In this document: positions 1 to 12,067 of the stretch, piece after piece
Position numbering within the stretch: position 1 is the first letter of the stretch
Layout: every line of letters begins with the position of its first letter
Assembly (NCBI RefSeq): GCF_036321535.1
Contig: NC_087436.1
Coordinates: forward strand, 7,564,001 to 7,628,000
DNA from: Camelus dromedarius
Taxonomy: Eukaryota
Reading direction: 5' to 3'
Length of the DNA stretch: 64,000 nucleotides
The notes under the pieces: generated by a model
The model's database searches: none
What the model was told of the DNA's origin: nothing
Seen by the model: only the letters and a program-made list of their open reading frames with translations
Program-made: the position numbers and the translations under genes

Positions 1-630
1 TGTTATATTGGATTAAATGGTACAGCCCAAATATATACTGCTTGAATGAATCTCACTTTAACTGAAAACAGTGATATTTTAAAAGAAAAAATGATAGAAA
101 AATATTTACCATGTAAAAATGAATCAAAAGGAAGTTATAACAATTATATTATTATCAGATAAAATCTATTCCAGAACAATAATGTCAGGGATAGAATAAG
201 ACATATAATAATAATAAAGGGATCAACTTATCAACAGGATATAATGGTACTAAGTGTATATATTCACAATGATAGAGTTATAAAATACATGAAGTAAATA
301 TAAATAGGACTGAAAGTAGAAGTAGATAGCTTAGCATTTATTCTTGGAGATTTCAACATTCCTTTCTCTGTAATTGGAGAAACAAGTAGAAAGAAAACCA
401 GTGAGTATACAGAGACTTGTAAAACACTATCAATCAACTTGACCTCATTTCCATTTATGGAACAATTCACACAACAGCAGAAGACACATCCTTTTGAAAT
501 GCTCATAGGCTATTCACCAAAATAAACAATACTCCAGACCATAAAACAAGTTCAGTAAATTTCAAAGGTTTGAAATTATACAAAGTCTGCTTCCTTATCT
601 AAATGGAATTAGATAGAAGTCAATATAAAT
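1..630 (+). mobile_element. Old L1 (L1M) fragment, ORF2 endonuclease domain, degenerate
   Basis: ~344-370 reads LGDFNIPFS (L1 EN GDFNTPLS motif); downstream remnants 'aacactatcaatcaacttgacctc' (NTINQLDL) and 'aatggaattagatagaagtcaat' (like NGIKLEIN); many stops and frameshifts. Confidence 0.9.
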
Positions 631-649
631 AGATAATACACCAGGATAG

Positions 650-960
650 GAAGCACAGACTTGATTTGGTAGACCAGAGAGTTATTTATTGAAGGGTTTC
701 AAGCATGGAAGTATCACATTTGGTAGATTTCTCAGGTAGTAATTAGAGTAAAGGTCATAAGAGAGGCGAAGCTGGAGGGACTATGATATGAGAGGTACTG
801 CAGCTTGGGTGAAAGGTGACGAGGCCCTGCATAGAAACAGACTTGGGAAATACGTACCAGAAAAACACATGCAAGGCATGTTGACTAATTACAAAAAGGA
901 TGAAAAACAAGCACAAGATGGCTCCATGTCTCCTGCTTGAATGATGGGGTGCTAATAACT
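650..960 (-). mobile_element. L2 LINE fragment
   Basis: Purine-rich L2 antisense-like text (gaggtactgcagcttgggtgaaaggtgacgaggccctg). Confidence 0.55.
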
Positions 961-1121
961 GATAATGCAGATGAAAGAGGGAAAGTATTCTATTCCTCAC
1001 AACAGTCCTATCAGAGGGCACTAGTGCATCTCTCTTAATGGATGAAATCTGGAACTTGGGTCAAATGACTGTCCCAGACCAGACTGCCAGTACATAGTGG
1101 GACCTCAGTAAATGAGGTCTA

Positions 1122-1162
1122 GATGATGATGATGATGATGATGACGACGACTATTATTATTA
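1122..1162. repeat. (GAT)n/(GAC)n/(TAT)n microsatellite, probably a MIR tail
   Basis: gatgatgatgatgatgatgatgacgacgactattattat. Confidence 0.85.
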
Positions 1163-1724
1163 ACTTGTTGCGTCTTGGGAGAGAAGGAGTATTACATGAA
1201 AAGCCTGTCGGGACCTTATGACATCACTGTCACATCAGGGAACTAGGAAACTCCCAAGAGACTCCTGGGGGTGCTTGGCTTAGATACCCCACCATGGGTG
1301 ATGCCATCCCTGACTTCTCCCAGGTGCCCCTCTCATTGCTCACTCCTTCCCCTAAAACTTTCTTGAGCGGTAGCTAGGTGCTAAGTCCGGAAACTGAGGA
1401 TAAGACAGTCAGCACTATTGTCAGGGATAGGCATGATTCTTTTCCCCAAAGAAGATGATTAAATGAAACCAAAAGTTAAAACATATTGGGAAATGCCCTG
1501 CAACGAGGGAGGTAAAGACAACTATCCCCTTTTGGCAGGGTTACTGTGGAGTTAAAGGAGAAGTGGGATGTATGTATTTGGGGATGAAAATTTCCCATCT
1601 AATGGCTTCTAGTTCCTCTGTAGAGTGGGAACCTAGGACACCTCCTGAGGTGGTGAATGCAGAAGTTTTAGGAAGTGAAGGTTTGAAATAATATTGAGGA
1701 TGGGAAAGACAGTAGACCAGGTAA

Positions 1725-1840
1725 ATGACATAAACTACAAGAGGCAGGGAGCTTTTATCAGTTCTGTTCACTGATGTAGTCTACATGCTTAGAACAGTGC
1801 CGAGAAATACTAGACACTTTATATATACGGAATGAATGGT
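1725..1840 (+). mobile_element. L2 3' end
   Basis: gaggcagggagc...tgttcactgatgtagtc...ttagaacagtgcc...gaatgaat is the typical L2 3' terminus. Confidence 0.75.
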
Positions 1841-2340
1841 TCAATTTCCAGCAGTCTTTGAGCTATTCTTTCTAGATCAAGAGAGTATGGTCTTAACAAT
1901 GTCCTTGTGTGAAAGTGTGTGTGTGCATGCGTGCGTGCACGCGTGTGTGATTTTATCCAGCAGATACCAGCCACCTCCTATAAGACAAGCCTAAAAAGGC
2001 AGAGAGTTAGTATTTTACCAAAGAGGGACAATGAAAGAGAATGGCCATTGGGATGGTGGCAGTGGACAATGGCTTATATCATGTACCATGAGGAGTTAAA
2101 GATAAGAGGTAACATGACTAGGGCATATACAGAAGGAGCAATGTATTAGAGGTCCTTGCAAGGCTGGAAGATTGGCATGCTGAGGACAGAAGTTGGAAAG
2201 GCATAAGTTTGAGGTCAGAGGGTAGGATGTCGGAGGGTATTATTTCAGAAGGTACAGCTGTCCCTGGTCGGGAGCTCCAGGTCGAGGCCATAGTCATATT
2301 GGAACGGAGGCAAAGGGCTTTGAGATGAGGAAGCCTAATG

Positions 2341-2650
2341 CAGTGCTTTCCAACAGAAATACACAGAAATGTCTAAGCCACATGATTAAGCCACGTGTGC
2401 CATTTTTGATTTTTAAGTAGCCACACTTCAAAAAATCAGAAACCAACAGTTGAAATCATTTTAATAATGTATTTAATAGACTACAATCAAATATTTATTT
2501 CTAAATGCACTAATATAAAATATTAATGAGACATTTTATGTTATTTGTTTCAAACTAAGTCTTTGAAATCTGATGTATATTTTACATTTATAACCCATCT
2601 CAATCAGACTAGCCACAAATGAAGCACTCAGTAACCACGGCCCTAGTGGA
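2341..2650. mobile_element. MER33 (hAT-Charlie MITE)
   Basis: Starts cagtgctttccaacagaaat; internal 'tagccacac', 'actaagtctttgaaatctgatgtatattttaca' and 'catctcaatcagactagccac' match remembered MER33 consensus. Confidence 0.85.
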
Positions 2651-4099
2651 AAAACTCTGGTGATGGGACTCCGAGATCTTAGAAGCCAGGGCCCCTGAGG
2701 TGAGGGACTTGAACTTTAATTTACCAGCAAACTGCTCTATGGGGCATGGTTGACCTGAATTCTGTGTCATCCAACACTGTTAGCTGTGAGAGGCACTCCT
2801 TGGTCACTGAAGTTCCCAGAATACTAAGGTGCTTTGTAGCTTTGGAGAGTTTCTTACCACAGTGGCTCTCCTGATGGTAGTTTAGGAGATAAGACCTTTT
2901 GCTATTGACAATTCCCCTGAATCTCTGGCCTTTGAGGGAATTTCTGAATTCATATCTATAATTATTTTCCTAAAGTGAAAACTATTTTTACAGTAATGCC
3001 TCCTTTCTTTGCTGAAACATCTCTGCCCTATGTTCTCTGGCTGTGGGTGATGCTATTTTGTGGCTAGAATCTCTTGGGACACTTCCACTGTCAACCCTTT
3101 GCTCATTTCCTGATACTGTTCAATGTTTAGTCAGTGTTAGGCTATCTGTCTTAGCTCACTGTAAAGTCTTACTCACCTAGATTTTTCCCTATGATGCTGA
3201 ATGTGTAGACTAAAAACTCTACCGTCCTCGCCACTGTGGGAACTCATGACAAATATCAGAGGTGGACCTTCTCAGTATCCTCTGGCCTTCCATACCTACA
3301 AGAGAGGGGGCAGGCAGAGGATTAACCAGTGTAGAGCTTGATGTTTTCATGGTTTTCTTGTTTCTCTAGTTGCCTCATGGTTTTCAGTAAAAGCTGGGCA
3401 ACCTCAACTACAGCATTAGCTTCTAAAACATGGGTAGCTTAGGAGAAAAAGGCCAACTGGAGTGGAAGCCACAGTTGTGTTCCTCTCATTTTGAAGACTT
3501 TTATGGATAAGGAGCTTAAAGACCAGTCCCTAACTTGGTCCCACCCAAACTGAATAATATTAATTTTTAGCACAAGTTGGTGGTCTGGATCAAGGAAGAA
3601 TATTCAGGTGGTATCCCTAAAGCAACAGGGGTGCCCCATTTCTGACACTCCAAAACACAGCATTATTGAGGAGGAGGTAGTGCATTGTTGGGCGCAAGCT
3701 ATGTATCTAATCCTGCAGATTTGCCTTAACTTTGTGTCCATTTGTAACCTTAATGCATTTTTAGTTGCTCTTGGTGGGTTTTCCCTTGAGCGCCCCAAAA
3801 TGTCATTTCCTAAGTCACTGTCTTAGTGGTGTTCTGCTCAGCAGCAAGCAGCACTAAAGATTTAGGGAAAACCTTACACGTAGTAGCCTGACCTCAGTTG
3901 TTTTGGAAGTGATCCTTCTTTTCTTTCTCTTTCCAAATCTGAAAGTCCACTCTCTTTGTGACTTTATCTCTAGGAGCAACTAGACATCACAGGGGACCAA
4001 GGGGAGGCCTGGCCTCCATGAGCAGACCCCCTGCCCCCTGCCAGAGACTGATCTCTGACTGACAGAGAGTATGGAGCTCTTGTTAGAAATCACAGTATG

Positions 4100-5120
4100 A
4101 AAAAAATGGGGGAGGAACAAGTCCTCTGGCAGACAGACACCTACCATCAGGAAAAGATTGACAGATGCAGGCTTGAGGAGTTGACATGAGACTGTTGAGA
4201 CAAAAAGGCCGATAAATAGGGGTTACTTGGACATAAACTCTTTGGGACAGTTTTTAGTAAGGTTGGAATCAAGTAAGACATAGGGTTAAACATTGGAGCT
4301 GGTGGTGGTGAAGTAGCGAGATGGTGGGGGATGCCTGCATGAGTCAGTGAGATTCATGAGGTCCATCAAGTTTATTGAGACGCTGATACCCTGCGACTAG
4401 GTGGGGTCAGGGGAGTGGGTGGGATTCAGAGCCAAAGTGAGGTCTGGATGGAGAAGAGGATCTAATATCTGCGTGTTCTCTGGGGAAGAAGGGAAAAAGG
4501 CCAGTATAGGGCATGAAAGATGGTTCATCAGAGATGTGAGATACGGAGGTCAAAATGGCTCTGGTGACAAGAAGAAGACCAGTGTTGAGGGCGAAAAGTT
4601 GGACATTTCGAGGAAGGTATGTTACAGTGCCACAGAGCTCGCTGGTAGCAAAATGAGAAAGCTGGTGGTAGGGGTAAAAGAAAAATATATGAAATATTGA
4701 CAGAACTCAATAAAAAGGAGGGCTCTGAAGGCAGAGGAGAGCGGTGAATGAGGCTCTCAGTAAAGAGGGGAAGTCAGTGAAATCGTGGGCACTATGACAG
4801 AGTGGCCTCTGGTGGTAGAGAAGGAAATCAGTCATGATGGATAAAGAACGAAAAAGCATGAGACTCATTGTAAAGACAGAGGACGGCAAGGAAAGGGGAG
4901 ACGTGTGGGATGGAGGCTCAGGTGGGGCCTCCTTGTGTATTCACAGGCCTAGCCAGAGAGGCCGCTCACAGGCTCTCTTCAGCATCCAGGGAGAGGCTGA
5001 GAGCAAGAAGCGGACAGGGCTTCAACGGAGGGGCTGGTAACTGGTTTTCTAGAGTGTCTGCTGAGAAGATGTTTGCCAGAGTCTGAGATGAATCAGAGTT
5101 CCTGTGGAAGCCACAGGGAA
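4100..5120 (-). mobile_element. L2 internal (ORF2) fragment, degenerate
   Basis: Long purine-rich + strand with L2 antisense-like phrases (aagtcagtgaaatc...tatgacagagtggcctctggtggtagagaaggaaatcagtcatg); contains a G4 motif at 4403-4423. Confidence 0.55.
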
Positions 5121-5149
5121 CACAGAGGGAGGAGCAGCTTCCACAGGAT

Positions 5150-5650
5150 TCGCAAATAGTAGGCGGTCAGCCTCCGAGGACTGCACTGCACGTCTCATGA
5201 AGGGGTTTGCCGCAACAGCTGTAAAAAGTTGCCCTAATCAGGAAGCTGGTCCACATGGCTGTAGAGGACCTGAATAAGCAGGCAGGGTCCTCTGTGAGGA
5301 ATAATCAAGAACTTTTGTTTCACCCCAGCCACGGAGATGAGATCCACTGCCCTGCGGAGGACCCGGGCTTTCTGCAGAAAGTAGGGGGAGGGCACTGCTC
5401 AGGCCCCGCCCCTGGCATGGCCCCACCCCTTAGAGCATGGGGCGGGGCCTCCAGCCCAGGTCCCTCCCTGGGCTTCCCGTTTCCACAGCTAGTTTTGGAA
5501 CCTCACCGGTTGCTCAGCCACAGATGCTGGAACTAGAGCCAAAAGAATAGAACACAGTCTGTGTTCTAGGAGAAGATAGATAATTAAGGGGAAAGTTACA
5601 ACACAGTGTGAAAACTGCGCTGGGAGGCGTGAGGGCACAGATCCCAGTTG
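5150..5650. promoter_or_regulatory. Promoter/enhancer-like GC-rich segment: two inverted Sp1 GC boxes around a CACCC box, plus RFX-like half sites
   Basis: ccccgcccc 5404-5412, ccccacccc 5421-5429, ggggcgggg 5439-5447; gttgctcagccac 5509-5521; more CpGs than the flanks. Confidence 0.5.
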
Positions 5651-6139
5651 GGAGAGTAAAGCGAGAGGGAGAAAGTCGGGGAGAGAAACAGGGAAGGGAA
5701 ATGAAGAGAGAGATTGTTCCCCTTCTGAGGCTTTTCATCATCGTGGGGGCTCCTTTCCCTAATTAGGGGGATATACACTGTTGAAAACAAAACCCTAAGA
5801 AGGAGACTTTGATATTATGTCTCATGGTTGCCTTTAGGATGCTCAGTGCCCAGGCCTACATGGTCCCTTCAAAGGCAAATGACCCCACGGCCTCTATGCC
5901 ACACGTGGGCCATGCCTCCACTGCTGCAGGGGCTGGGAGTTTGATGCTTGATGTAGTTCTCGGGAAACACATCGTACTAAAATTTCTATTGGCCTCGTCT
6001 GTCTTTTTTTTTTTTTTTTTTTTTTTGTAGTAAAACAATAAGTCTCAGCCAAAAGTCCTACTGATGTACTATAATGTATATCTCCATGTAGTTTGATTCA
6101 TGTGTAATGTAGACAAATGTGCCTTGTGATCACGTTGGC

Positions 6140-6340
6140 TTTTTCTTTTAAGTCAGATTTATTAAGGTATACTTTGCTTTCAATAAAATCCTCTGTCTTT
6201 AGGTGCACAGTTGTAAGATTGTTGGATTTTGACAAATGTATATAGCACCTTTGTAAATAGCACCTTTGTCAAGATATACAATATTTTCATTACTCCTAAA
6301 TTTACCTGTGTGCCTCCTCTTAGTTAACTTTATTCCCTCA
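6140..6340 (-). mobile_element. L1M (L1MB/ME-type) 3' UTR end
   Basis: tttattaaggtatacttt...ggtgcacagtt...ttttgacaaatgtatata...aagatatacaatattttcattactcc. Confidence 0.75.
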
Positions 6341-7109
6341 TCTGTTTGGTGTTCACAGTGCATAGAACCTTCTCATTTACTGTCCCACAACAATTTAGCA
6401 AGGTTTTTTTCTTTTTTATGTAGACAAGAAAATTAGAAACAGAACTCCTAGGCAGAAGCTTCATTCTTTTGACTCTGTTGTCCATGCTTTTTTGACATTA
6501 TATCATTTATATTTTTGGACTCATGAAGTTAATAGTGACTATTAGTAATCATGAATTTTAAACCAAGCATACTTTGATCTGTAACCACATGTGAATTTCA
6601 CCAGATTCAGAAAAATAGAATGTATACTTTGAAAAAAAAATCCCATGTGCTTAATGAATTAATTCAATAAATAAGTTCTCCATGCAAAATGGAATGTGTA
6701 TTAATAATGTACCTATATCTTATATCTATTTATGTATTTATATCTATCTCTGAATCTAGGTCAATTTTGGGTGTCTAATCTGTATCTTTGTTGAAATTTA
6801 CATTTTTCTGTTTTCTTTGTGTATATGTTTTCTTCAGTAATTCTACTGGATGATTTATATCTTCCCCAGTGTACCACTCCTCTCCCACAGATAATCTTGA
6901 TTCTCTGAACAACCAAAATACAAGATATTAAGAAAAATGTGTTTGATTCTGCTTTAGTTTATCTATAAAGGCAGATCCCAATAGGGCTCAAGGGTAAAGC
7001 TATGGGAAGCATATTTCTTACTTTTCTACCATCTAAGACATTGCAAGTTATTTAATAGAGTAATACTTATAGTTATTAAGATAAATCATCTTCTTATTTT
7101 TCGTTTATT

Positions 7110-8530
7110 CATTTTTTCAGGGATTAACAAGTTTTATGATTTGTCAATGAAACTTTGAACTGTTCTTAAAAGAGATTTGAAGGTATGAAATGTCTAGAAG
7201 AAGTGAAATAAACGTTTCCTTGGTTTTAGCACCAGCTGTCTTTGAGTATGTTTAGAAGTTTCAGGAGTATTTGATTCTTATAGAATAATCCTGTATATTT
7301 TAAAAGACAATGTTTCTTTGAAAATCGTTACATTTCATCATAGGAGCTAATTTTGAGTCCATGGTGAACAGTAACGATCTCCCTGACCCTAGTCTTTTTC
7401 TTGGTTTGTTGCTTTTCCTTTATTCATCTTAATGGCGTTGGCATTGCTCTAAAATGAGTACCACAAATAACAAAGAATTTTTAAACTAAACATTTATCAT
7501 GGATGCATATAATATTCTTGTTTAGAATCACAAGTAATAAATGTATAAATCTAAAGAATTAAATTCATAAAAAAACTCTAGTTATTTCCCTTCCAATTTA
7601 GACAGGGAGCAACCAAGAGAACAAAGGAAAATTTTACATAAAAGTTAATGAGACACAAATAATCCATCTCTCTTGCTGCACAGACAAAATTTGCCATGGG
7701 ATATTGAACAGAGCATTGTGTAGGGAAATGGGAAGCCAATTTTTTCTCTTCAGTATAGAATCTTTCAAAATTTTAAACAAGATTTTTATCCATCATTCTC
7801 ATTATACAGAACTGAAGGTTGAAGTCAAACAGCACAATTTGTGACAGTCTGACTGCTTTCAATGGGAATATTTAGCAGGTCTGAAACTAATTCAATGAGA
7901 ATTACTCAGAAATATTTTAATTAGCTTTAGGGTTTAAATTACTTAGAAAGTAAGAAATAATTACTTGACACAAGTCAGTCTTATCATTCCTATTTTATAG
8001 ATTATAAATGAAACAAGGAAAAGTTTAAAAAACATAGCCAGAGTAGAGACTCAACTGTAAAAGTCATTAATGTCTGTGTTTTACGTATTTAAATAAGATG
8101 AAGATGATTACAAGGTTGAAAATATGCATTATATATACTATATGCACACATGTATATTTAATAACTATTCTTTGTTATTTATGTATTCATTTTAGAGCAA
8201 CTCCAATGCCATTATGATGAATAAAAGAAAAAAAAAACAAAGCAAAGCAAAGTCAAGGGTTGAGAAGATCATTACTGTTCACCATGGACTCAGAATTAAC
8301 TCCTACACTAAAATATACATAATGGTTTCCAAGGGAAGCATAGACTTTTAAAATATCCAGGATTATACAATAAGAATCAAGCATTTCTGAAACTTCTAAA
8401 CGTACTCAAGGACACCAAGAAAATGTTTATTTCATTTCTTTTATACATTTTATACCTTACTGTCTCTTTCAAGAACAGGTCAGTATTTCACTTACGAATT
8501 ATAAAGCTTATTAATGCCTAAAAATTAATT
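7110..8530. repeat. Long diverged inverted repeat: arms ~7110-7500 and ~8140-8530, spacer ~640 bp
   Basis: 7341-7390 vs reverse complement of 8256-8305 = 43/50 ungapped; 7237-7316 vs rc 8335-8414 = 68/80 ungapped; perfect 21-mer 7354-7374 / 8272-8292. Confidence 0.95.
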
Positions 8531-9474
8531 TATATGTATATACATTATTGAATTGCTATACCAAATTTAAATAATTATCATGGCTTTAATGAGTCATAGT
8601 CCATATATCTACTGCTTCCAAATAATCTGGATGATAAAATTAATATTCAGAAGCATAACTAATGGAACTTTACAACATTGAACTCATTTTTCCTAAACTT
8701 TCTATTATTTTAACTTTCACAATAAACTGATTTATTTATAGGCAGAGTCTTAAATGCAGTTTTTGGTTGTTTTTGCAGAATCTTTCCTGATTATTCTGAG
8801 AAGTACAACAGAAATGGAGCCATACATGAGAACATAGCTTTTGACTAACTGGGGATTTTTACCCAATAAACCACCATATGTTTCTTGACTTGCTTAGGTG
8901 ACAGTTTCCTCACTTATGAGATTATGGACACACCAAAGATACAGTTTGAGTCATATACACATCCTGAATACGAATACATAAAGAAATGTGTGCTAGAGAG
9001 ATGACAAAAAGTTTATGACACATAAAGAAACAGATGGGCGAAGGGGCTCACAAGGTAATTGGGGTAGGGCTCCAGCCATCCCTTTCAACAATTTCAGCTG
9101 AGCACCTGCTGGGGGCTGGCACCACCCTGGACATGGTATCATTTCACCGGAGGAGCTGTTAGACAAATCGTTGGAAATTCTAACTGTATGGGACATGGAG
9201 GCATCTTGCTTTGTTTACACACAAAATCAAGACACTGGTAAGGAGCTGCACCTAAGCCAGGATGAGGAGGGTACAGACAGTCTAAACGACATGGACTGAA
9301 CACTTGATCTGTAATCTTTCTCCTTGTCCTTGGGAACCAGTCAACTGTATCTTGGTGTCCCTTACTCTCAACTTTACCAAGGACTATAACAACCAAGAGA
9401 AATAGAAAAAGGAAGAAGAGGAAAGGATCTTAGCAGAGAACTTAGAAGGGTAGAGGTAAAATAATTTTTTTATC

Positions 9475-9590
9475 CTCTACAACCTCTCTTAATTAACTAA
9501 ATCAACAAAGACCCTGTTTTGAAAAAAGGTCACATTCACAGGTTGCAGGTGGGTGTGAATTTTGGAGGACACCATTCAACCCAGAACAGA
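9475..9590 (-). mobile_element. MLT1 (MaLR) LTR fragment
   Basis: caaagaccctgttt...aaggtcacattcacagg...gaattttggaggacaccattcaacccagaaca. Confidence 0.8.
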
Positions 9591-9599
9591 GACTCAGAA

Positions 9600-9730
9600 A
9601 CTGTGAGGTCAGCCTCAGTTTTCCTCATCTGTACCTCAACAGCGAGGATGTGAGGATGAAGTGAGCAGATCCAAAAAGAGGACTTCGCGCCAGCTCTAGT
9701 GGTCAATGCACGTTAGTTACTAACGTTGCT
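9600..9730 (+). mobile_element. MIR SINE fragment
   Basis: MIR core gcctcagttttcctcatctgta. Confidence 0.7.
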
Positions 9731-11629
9731 AAGAAGTCCTCCTCCTCATCCTCATGGACACCAGCATCTCCATCTTAATCATCCACCAGAGTTACAGGGG
9801 CCGTGAGAGACACCAGGAAGGACAGCACGTAGCCTCCACTGTCAAGGAGATTATGGTTTAGCTGTGGATGCAACCCTGACAGACCTTAAATTCCAAAGAG
9901 CTGAGCTCCATGTCACCAGGCAGAACCGTGGAGGAGCAGGCGGCCAGTGTGGGAGTGGTTTGAGTAGTCAGGACAGAAGATGTCCCACCAGGGTGAGCTT
10001 TGAAAGTATTCTCAGAAGCAATGTGGGCCCCCACGAAGCTGTGACCCTCTGCCTCAACAGGAACTCCTTCTCATTCCCTCACCGTGAGACCTGATCAGAG
10101 GCAGAGTCACAGGCCCTTGACATCCACGTGACTCATTACCGATGGAGTCTGAACTCCTGATTCTGAGAGGCTCTCACTTCTCACTGGGAAAAGTACATCT
10201 CTGACCAAAATAACATTGCCTGCCATTTGCTGAAAAGCCTTGGAGATTTAGAGTTCATGGGTGCTCCCAGGGGAGGCAGAATCATCTGACCTCCTTTACT
10301 TACCTTAAAGGTTCAGACAAAGAACAGCAGTGACATAGCTGGGGGCTCATCCCTTCTAAATCTACAACACCAGTACAATCCTAGCTGGGATGTGAAAACC
10401 ATAAAGGATGTGATTTGAATGTTTCTGGAAAACTTGAGATGTTGATGAAGTTCTTAGTAATACCAAAGACCAAGAATCAAGTTATTGTTAAAACCGTTCT
10501 TTGGAGCACTTGGTGGTTCTTGAATTGACAGCGTAAAATTGTCTTTGCTAGAGAGAGAACTTGGAAAGCCAGACAGACTGTCAGCCCAAGGTGGTACACT
10601 TCTGGAGGGTTCTGCTGAGGCAATTGGCTACCTTTCTTCTGCAGATGGCCTTGCCTTTCATGTTAGTATTATAAATAAGTTGAATCTTGTTCATCAATGA
10701 GTAAGGGCTAAGAGGCAAAATTGTTCCTTTAGTAATAGATTCCCTGGGCAAAATAATGTGCTTGGCTTTTTTAAAATATGAAATGAAAGGTAAATTTATT
10801 TATGTTGATGTGTTCCCCTTTGAAGAGTACTCCAATGCACTTAGTTGGTGTAAAACACTGTATGGTCAGTGGTTGCCTAGTGATGGATTATATCCTTAAA
10901 ATTTAGAAGTGAGTTGGCTGCTGGGACTTCATAACACTGGGTTCTGGGTTGATAGACCAACCTATCAAAGCAAAAAAAAAAAGAGAGAGCGAGAGAGAAG
11001 AGAAAGAAACAAAAATGCAGAATTTTTTCCTTAATAAAGAATATGACTACAGTTAAGCTATTTTGCATATTTTTGCATATTTTACCCTGTTTAGGCAAAC
11101 TAAGAAAACAGTTTCAAAGTCTTTGTCCCTAGGTACTAACAGACATTTCCTGCCATCTTTTATTGCAGGATTATCAAAAGAATCCACTGTAGTTTATACT
11201 AGTTTGGCTTTTCAGACACAAAATGTATTCTGGTTGTTTGGAACAGAGTGGGCTGTGTGATTTTTTTAACCTGAAAAGTCACCCATGAAATTATATATAC
11301 CCACAGAAAATAAAATCAAGCAAAGCAACATTTGACAAATTAAGTGCATAGGTGCTAGATATAAAGATATAATAGAGGTAGAAATATATATATATAGATA
11401 TCTATCTAGTTATATTAGTAATAGTTACCACCATCATAACATGATATGATACCTGAAAAATCCTGCTTTAATATAGTGATTTGAATTAAGTAAGTAGCTA
11501 ATTCTTTCACATTCTGTAGCACATCCTGATTTAGGAAATTAAATACAGTCGCCACATTTTGTTATTGTTTTTATTACATCATCACCTGACTTTTAGGTAC
11601 CAATTACTGCATCACTCAGGATAGGGTAA

Positions 11630-12015
11630 TATATTAGTTTGCTAGAAACTGCCCTTGAAAACTACCACAGACTTAGTGGCTTAAACAGCAGTTATTCCTT
11701 TTCTCATCATTCTGGAGGCTAGAAGTCCAAGATCAAGGTGCTGGTAGATTCAGTGTCTGGTGAGGACTCTCTTCCTGGTTTGCAGATGGCCGCCTTCTTG
11801 CTGTGTCCTCACGTGAACTTCCCTTTGTGAGCATGTATCCCTGGCGTCGTCTTGGGAACCCAGTTTTCTCTTCTTATAAGGATATCACCCTTAGGGCTCG
11901 TTTTAACTTACTCACCTCTTTAAAAGCTTAATATCCAAATATAGTCACATTCTGAGATACTGGGGGTTAGGGCTTCAACATTTAAATTGTGGGAAACAGA
12001 ATTCAGCCCCTAACA
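11630..12015 (-). mobile_element. MLT1B/C-type MaLR solo LTR
   Basis: tattagtttgctag...ttctggaggctagaagtccaagatcaaggtg...gtcacattctgagatactgggggttagggcttcaaca...ttcagcccctaaca. Confidence 0.9.
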
Positions 12016-12067
12016 ACTAGGTTATGTTGAGGTAATAGACAACACCCGAGTCTTAGTGACTTAACGT

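Noticed and set aside
3430..3510. Mini-ORF MGSLGEKGQLEWKPQLCSSHFEDFYG* with a THAP-like 'CSxHF' motif
   Set aside because: Only 26 aa, lacks the N-terminal CxxxxC and the AVP box, and the W-P-C spacing is wrong; most likely chance.
5549..5567. Canonical GRE/ARE
   Set aside because: The half sites are separated by 7 nt, not 3.
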